From NCBI GenBank assembly GCA_963839755.1, contig CAWIVU010000008.1:228263-292262 (forward strand): a stretch of 64,000 nt of DNA. Reading direction: 5' to 3'. This stretch comes from an uncultured Actinomycetes bacterium. Its GTDB lineage: Bacteria > Actinomycetota > Thermoleophilia > Gaiellales > Gaiellaceae. The notes below the pieces were generated by a model that worked only from the letters and a program-made list of their open reading frames with translations, was not told the origin of the DNA and searched no databases. Numbering within the stretch: the first letter of the stretch is position 1; every line of letters begins with the position of its first letter. Made by a program: the position numbers and the translations under genes. Of the stretch, positions 58,957-64,000 are shown piece after piece.

Positions 58957-59334
58957 ATGTTCGGCAGGACTTCATTCGCAATCGTGGCGGCACTCGGTGC
59001 GCTGCTCGTCGCAGCGCCGGCTTCCGCGGACAACTGGGGCGCAGATCGGTACGACGACGGTGGAGTGACCGCCATGCTCGACGCGCGAGAGCGCGCGTTC
59101 AAGGTGAAGCAGGTCGAGCGATTCGCAGCGGCGCACTCGCCGCGAGAGCCGGTCGTCGACGACCGCTTCGGCATCGACCCGACGAGCAGCCCGTCGCCCG
59201 TCGCCGTCGTCCCCAGCGCCCGGGAGCTCGAGTGGCCGCAGATCGGCGTCGGCCTCGCGCTCGGTGTTCTGCTCGGGCTCGGACTGGTGCTTGCCGTACG
59301 CATCGTGGACGTCCGCCCGCCGGCAGCGCGCTGA
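58957..59334 (+). CDS. Small exported protein with a C-terminal TM anchor
   Basis: AAAGGAG RBS, signal peptide (APASA) and C-terminal hydrophobic helix. Confidence 0.75.
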   Translation: MFGRTSFAIVAALGALLVAAPASADNWGADRYDDGGVTAMLDARERAFKVKQVERFAAAHSPREPVVDDRFGIDPTSSPSPVAVVPSARELEWPQIGVGLALGVLLGLGLVLAVRIVDVRPPAAR

Positions 59335-59369
59335 CACAACGCCGATCGCGTGGGTGAGTCAAGCAGGCG

Positions 59370-59576
59370 GTGCCGGTGTCGGCCGGTGCACGCGATCACC
59401 GTCAAGAAGACACCGCCTACCGCGCGCAAACCAACGGCAAGGCCGAGCGCTTCATCCGCACGCTGCTGGAGCGCTGGGCGTACGCCTACTCCTACCAACA
59501 CGAGGCAGAGCGTCTGGGCGCCCTCCGACCGGCACTCGACGTCTCACACCGACAACCTCGTGGGACATACAACTAG
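59370..59576 (+). mobile_element. IS481-family transposase remnant with right end
   Basis: YRAQTNGKAERFIRTLLERWAY integrase-core motif, ending in AACCTCGTGGGACATACA, an IS481-like terminus. Confidence 0.75.
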
Positions 59577-60040
59577 CCGCCGGTCAACGCTCTGCACGCC
59601 TTCGCGAGCTGTTCCTCGCTGCGGTCGCGCGGCTCGAGAATGACCTCCTCGGTTTCGGGGTTGATCTTGAGTACTCCCGCAAACTCGAACGGCACCTGAC
59701 CGGTGATCAAGAGAACGAGCGTTCCGTCCGTCTGGATCTGGACGACGTCCGCACCGACGTCGCGGAAGCGAAACGTACGATCACCGGCGGTCGCGGTGAG
59801 CCCGACGTTGACGGTATTCACCTGGGGTACCCCGGCTCCCTCACCCGAGAAGACCCGGAGGATGACATGCCCCTGGGCGGTCGTGGTGACCGGAACCCCG
59901 CACTCTTCCGTCAAGAACTCGTCGGCGAATGTTTCGTCGACGTTTATCCGCTCGATCGTCGGCGGGGCACCGACGGCGACCCCAGCCCAGACAAGACCAG
60001 CCAGAACGAGGACGCTCGATAGCAATGGAACTCGCCTCAT
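59573..60040 (-). CDS. Secreted hypothetical protein
   Basis: Signal peptide, Cys pair (ECG...AC.AL) and purine-rich RBS. Confidence 0.75.
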   Translation of the reverse strand: MRRVPLLSSVLVLAGLVWAGVAVGAPPTIERINVDETFADEFLTEECGVPVTTTAQGHVILRVFSGEGAGVPQVNTVNVGLTATAGDRTFRFRDVGADVVQIQTDGTLVLLITGQVPFEFAGVLKINPETEEVILEPRDRSEEQLAKACRALTGG

Positions 60041-60508
60041 GTCTCTCTCCCTTTCTCTTGGTGGAGACGGTGCGGCGTGTCGGCCGCCGCGCTAGATAAG
60101 CCCGTGGTTGCGCGCCGTGTAAACGGCCCACGAGGACGTTTCGCGGTACGGCTTCGGGGTGTCGCGGGTCGCCGTTCGCTGTGGAGCGCGACGTTTCGAC
60201 CGGGGCACGCTGCGAGTGCGTCGATCCGCGGCTTTGCGATCGTGGCGCCTGAGCGCAGGCATGTCTGGGATGTGCCCGTTTTCGCGGCTGCCAAACCTGC
60301 GCGCCCCGGAACCAGGCTCCACCGTTATGACCATCGTGAGAACAGGGACGGCGCGCGCTTCTGAGACTCGTGCGCGGCGTCGCTCGGCGAGGTAGCACCG
60401 CTTCGCGAAGCCAGGAAGACAGTCACCGTCTTGAAGCTCACGCGTATGGCGCCCGGGCTCAGCAGGCTTCGAAGCAGCTAGGTTCCGTCCGCAGAAAGGA
60501 GGCGCTGT

Positions 60509-62053
60509 GTGGCCAGCTCGGCGCGGCGAGAGAGCGAGGTGACAGAGCGGGCGTCGCCGCCCGACGGCGTGCTCAGGTCGGGCTACGACACCGCCGGCTT
60601 CTACGACGAGGCATTCGAGCGGGATGCCGGCGGTGCGGTCGTTCCGCGTCCGCACTACTCCGAGTTGATCGCCCAGATCTCGGCCATGGCGGGCTCAGAG
60701 CTTCGGCGCGCCGCGGAGCTCGCCAACCGGTCGTTCCTGCACCGCGGCGTGACGTTCACCGTCTACTCGGACGGTGAGAACGACGCCGCCGAGCGCATCC
60801 TGCCGTTCGATCCGATTCCGCGGATCCTGCCTGCGGGCGAATGGGCGATCGTCGAGGCGGGTCTGCGACAGCGCATCAAGGCGCTGAACAGCTTCGTCCA
60901 CGACGTGTACCACGGGCAGGAGATCCTGCGTGACGGGATCGTGCCGCGCAGGCTCGTCGTCCTCGCTCGGCACTTCCGTCGAGAGGTCGTAGGGATCGAC
61001 GTTCCCCACGACCAGTACGTCCATGTCGTCGGGAGCGATCTGATTCGCGGCGACGATGGTCGCTGGCTCGTGCTCGAGGACAATCTGCGGACGCCGAGCG
61101 GGGTCTCGTACGTGCTCGCCAACCGCCAGATCATGACCCGGACGCTGCCCGACTGGTTCGCCGACCTGGGAGTGCGCTCGGTCGACTCGTACGCGGAGCA
61201 GCTGCTCGACAACCTCGTCGGGCTGTCCCCCCGACGGGCCCTTCCCGGCGCGCCCGGCGGGCCCGCGGTGGTCGTGTTGACGCCTGGGATCTACAACTCG
61301 GCGTACTTCGAGCACGCCTTCCTCGCCCAGCAGATGGGTGTCGAGCTCGTCGAGGGCCGCGATCTGTTCGTGCTCGAGAACCGGGTCTACATGCGCACGA
61401 CCACCGGGCGGCGGCAGGTCGACGTCATCTACCGCCGCGTCGACGACGAGTTCCTCGATCCGCTGGCGTTCCGCTCGGAGTCGATGCTCGGCGTCGCGGG
61501 GCTGCTCGGAGCCGTCCGGACGGGCAACGTCACGCTCGCCAACGCGATCGGCACAGGCGTCGCCGACGACAAGGTCATCTACCGCTACGTCCCGGAGATC
61601 ATCCGCTACTACACGGGCGAGGAGCCGATCCTCGACAACGTTCCCACCTACCTGCCAAGCGAGCCGGACGAGCTCGACCACGTTCTCCGCAACCTCGACT
61701 CGCTCGTGGTGAAGGCGGCCAACGAGAGCGGCGGCTACGGGATGCTGATCGGCCCGGACGCCGACGAGGCCGAGCTCGCCGACTTCCGCGAGCGGATCGC
61801 CGCGCGGCCGAGGGACTACATCGCGCAGCCGGTGATCCGGCTCTCCCGTCACCCCACCTTCGTGGCCGACGAGCAGGGCGAGTCCGGCACTCTCGAGGGG
61901 CGCCACGTCGACCTACGGCCGTACGTCCTGAGCGGGGCCGACGGGATCACCGTGCTCCCCGGCGGGCTCAGCCGCGTCGCCCTCGTGAAGGGCTCGCTGG
62001 TCGTCAACTCGAGCCAGGGCGGCGGGAGCAAGGACACCTGGGTGCTCCAGTGA
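60509..62053 (+). CDS. Circularly permuted type 2 ATP-grasp protein
   Basis: PFDPIPR, VLEDNLRTPSGVSY, NSAYFEH, VDVIYRRVDD and VVNSSQGGGSKDTWV. Confidence 0.93.
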   Translation: MASSARRESEVTERASPPDGVLRSGYDTAGFYDEAFERDAGGAVVPRPHYSELIAQISAMAGSELRRAAELANRSFLHRGVTFTVYSDGENDAAERILPFDPIPRILPAGEWAIVEAGLRQRIKALNSFVHDVYHGQEILRDGIVPRRLVVLARHFRREVVGIDVPHDQYVHVVGSDLIRGDDGRWLVLEDNLRTPSGVSYVLANRQIMTRTLPDWFADLGVRSVDSYAEQLLDNLVGLSPRRALPGAPGGPAVVVLTPGIYNSAYFEHAFLAQQMGVELVEGRDLFVLENRVYMRTTTGRRQVDVIYRRVDDEFLDPLAFRSESMLGVAGLLGAVRTGNVTLANAIGTGVADDKVIYRYVPEIIRYYTGEEPILDNVPTYLPSEPDELDHVLRNLDSLVVKAANESGGYGMLIGPDADEAELADFRERIAARPRDYIAQPVIRLSRHPTFVADEQGESGTLEGRHVDLRPYVLSGADGITVLPGGLSRVALVKGSLVVNSSQGGGSKDTWVLQ

Positions 62054-62066
62054 GGCTCGCGCAACC

Positions 62067-63116
62067 ATGCTGAGCCGCATGGCGGAGTCGCTGTACTGGA
62101 TCGGGCGCTACGTCGAGCGGGCGGAGCAGACCGCCCGCCTCACCGAGGTGACGTTCCGGCACACGCTCGTGATGGGGTCGACACGCGAGGCCGAGACGCG
62201 GCGCCATCGCCACTGGGCGGCACTGCTCGACATCGTCGGCGAGCGTCCGGCATTCGCACCCGACGATCCGCCCGACGAGCAGAACGTGCCCGGGCATCTG
62301 ATCTTCTCGTCGGACAACAGAAACTCGATCGTGGAATGCATAGCTCGGGCGCGCGACAACGCTCACACGATGCGCCATCAGATGGCGACCGAGATGTGGG
62401 AGGCCCTCAATCGCTTCCATCTCGACATCCAGCGACCGGGTCGGCGTCGCAGCGCGGCCGCGAACGCCGAGCGCACGAGCCGCTTCTGCCGCTCCATCGC
62501 CGACTTCAGCCACCTTCTGCAGGGGATCACGGACTCGACGATGCCCCGCGAGGAGGGGTGGTACTTCCTGCAGGCGGGCAAGTTCCTCGAGCGGGCGGAG
62601 TGGACCGCGCGCACGGTCGACGTGAACTACAGGCTGCTCGTCGACGGCGACGTCGAGGGCGGCGACCGCCTCGCGCTCGTCGCAGCGGCACGCGACCCCG
62701 AGCCCTGGGGCACGCTGCTGCGCTCGCTCTCGGCGTACGAGTCGTACCACCGCATCGAGAGCAGAGGCGTTCGGCCGAGCGCGGTGATCGAGCTGCTGAT
62801 CCTCTCGGCGGTCCTGCCGCGCTCCGTCCGGTTCTCGATCGGAAAGGTCGACGCGGCGCTCGCCCATATCAGCGAGGAGGCTCCCGGGTACAACGGCTCC
62901 GAGCCGATCCCCGGGTCGCCGAGCGGCAGCGAAGCGCGCCGGGAGGCTGGTCGCCTCCATGCGGAGTTCACCTATCAAAGACTCGACGACCTGCTCGAGC
63001 GCGGCTTGCATGCGTCGCTCCTGGACATCCAGCGGCGCTGCTACCGGATCGGCGATCGGGTCGAGGACGAGTTCTTCACCCACCGAACGTTGAGGGCACA
63101 GGATGCGCTGACGTGA
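62067..63116 (+). CDS. Alpha-E domain protein (DUF403)
   Basis: MLSRMAESLYWIGRYVERAE, ARDNA, GKFLERAE and PRSV. Confidence 0.93.
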   Translation: MLSRMAESLYWIGRYVERAEQTARLTEVTFRHTLVMGSTREAETRRHRHWAALLDIVGERPAFAPDDPPDEQNVPGHLIFSSDNRNSIVECIARARDNAHTMRHQMATEMWEALNRFHLDIQRPGRRRSAAANAERTSRFCRSIADFSHLLQGITDSTMPREEGWYFLQAGKFLERAEWTARTVDVNYRLLVDGDVEGGDRLALVAAARDPEPWGTLLRSLSAYESYHRIESRGVRPSAVIELLILSAVLPRSVRFSIGKVDAALAHISEEAPGYNGSEPIPGSPSGSEARREAGRLHAEFTYQRLDDLLERGLHASLLDIQRRCYRIGDRVEDEFFTHRTLRAQDALT

Positions 63117-64000
63117 GGTACCGGATCCGGCATCGCACGACCTACCGCTACGAGACCCCGGTCTTCGAGAGCTTCAACGAGGTGCGGCTGCAACCCTTCG
63201 CCGGTGCGACGCAGACCCTGCTCGACTTCGATCTGCTGATCGAGCCGCCCGCCACCGTCATCTCGTTTCGCGACTACTACGGGAATGCGGTGCACGACTT
63301 CGGAATCCCGTACCTGCACGATCGCCTCGTGATCGAAGCGACGAGCGATGTGGTCACACATGTCGGCGCCGAGGAGCCGCTCAGCGGCCCTGCCGAGGGC
63401 GAGCAGGACGAATCGATCGGCCTGCGGGAGCTGGCGGCCGACGAGGCGCTGGTGGACGAGCTCTCCGAGTTCCTCGGAGCGAGCCCCTACGTTCCGCTCG
63501 ACGACGGAACGGCGGAGCTGGCCGAGGCTGTCGTCGCCGAGGACCCGCAAACGAGCGCGCTCGCGTTCTTCACCCGTGCCGCCGGCCACGTGCGGTCACG
63601 GCTCGAGTATCGCATCGGCACGACGACCGTGGAGAGCTCCGTTGCCGAGGTCCTCGCCGGGGGCGTGGGCGTGTGTCAGGACTTCGCACACGTCCTGATC
63701 TCGCTCTGCCGCCACGCCGGGCTCCCCGCCCGGTACGTCAGCGGCTATCTCGGCAGCGTCGCGACGGCGGCCGCGTCGCACGCCTGGGTCGAGGCCTACA
63801 CGCCGCCGTACGGTTGGGTCGGTCTCGACGCGACGCTCGGCGAGCGCTGCACGGGGCGGCACGTCAAGCTCGGGAGCGGGCGTGACTACGCCGACGTCAC
63901 GGTGCTGCGAGGGACATACCAGGGAGGCGGCGAGGCGGCGCTCGAAGTGGAGGTGACCTGCGAGTCGCTCGGCGAGCTCGGGCCCTCCGCCCAGCCGCAG
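63113..64000 (+). CDS. Transglutaminase-like protein (3' partial, missing from the ORF track)
   Basis: GTG overlaps the alpha-E stop. RYRIRHRTTYRY, GVCQDFAH, ARYVSGYL, SHAWVE and GRDYADV. Frame is open to the window end. Confidence 0.92.
   Translation, partial: MRYRIRHRTTYRYETPVFESFNEVRLQPFAGATQTLLDFDLLIEPPATVISFRDYYGNAVHDFGIPYLHDRLVIEATSDVVTHVGAEEPLSGPAEGEQDESIGLRELAADEALVDELSEFLGASPYVPLDDGTAELAEAVVAEDPQTSALAFFTRAAGHVRSRLEYRIGTTTVESSVAEVLAGGVGVCQDFAHVLISLCRHAGLPARYVSGYLGSVATAAASHAWVEAYTPPYGWVGLDATLGERCTGRHVKLGSGRDYADVTVLRGTYQGGGEAALEVEVTCESLGELGPSAQPQ

Noticed and set aside
1-64000. Many long overlapping or antisense ORFs rich in Arg/Pro/Ala (e.g. 39608-41698, 45167-46861, 49484-51190)
   Set aside because: These are shadow frames of real genes in high-GC DNA and carry no recognisable motifs.

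Overview
High-GC actinobacterial DNA, probably Thermoleophilia/Gaiellales-like judging from gene content and leaderless TAnnnT promoters (inference). About ten single-base frameshifts in otherwise intact genes suggest long-read indel errors. Positions 1-18.8 kb form an accessory mosaic next to tRNA-Thr(GGT). It holds an exact 50-bp copy of the tRNA-Thr 3' end 12 kb away and two 3'-half tRNA-Asp fragments, each flanked by paired short direct repeats resembling integrase arm sites, but no integrase. Its cargo is two HD-GYP/LuxR regulators, methyltransferases, flavoenzymes, hydrolases and Ada-AlkA. The 3' ends of the regulators appear to encode an operator plus -10 promoter module, and an isolated inverted copy of it sits upstream of a DUF4242 operon. 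Positions 18.8-41.6 kb are more core-like: tRNA-Tyr, geranylgeranyl reductase, a candidate TlpA-like selenoprotein (in-frame TGA in a UxxC motif with a SECIS-like hairpin, split in the ORF track), NlpC/P60, YpfJ-like peptidase, mmsA, a MurD-like ligase, YceI/FMN reductase, sulfotransferase/cysC, DUF3500, dienelactone hydrolase, LanC-like protein, panE, ggt, MFS and DMT. Positions 41.6-64 kb hold a cydC remnant, a GNAT/acyl-CoA ligase, adhP, a protease-MoxR-DUF58-VWA-VWA operon, a NarL-type two-component system flanked by matching promoters, an IS481 remnant and a circularly permuted ATP-grasp/alpha-E/transglutaminase operon that runs off the end. No CRISPR array or rRNA was seen. All calls come from reading motifs by eye; no database search was run.
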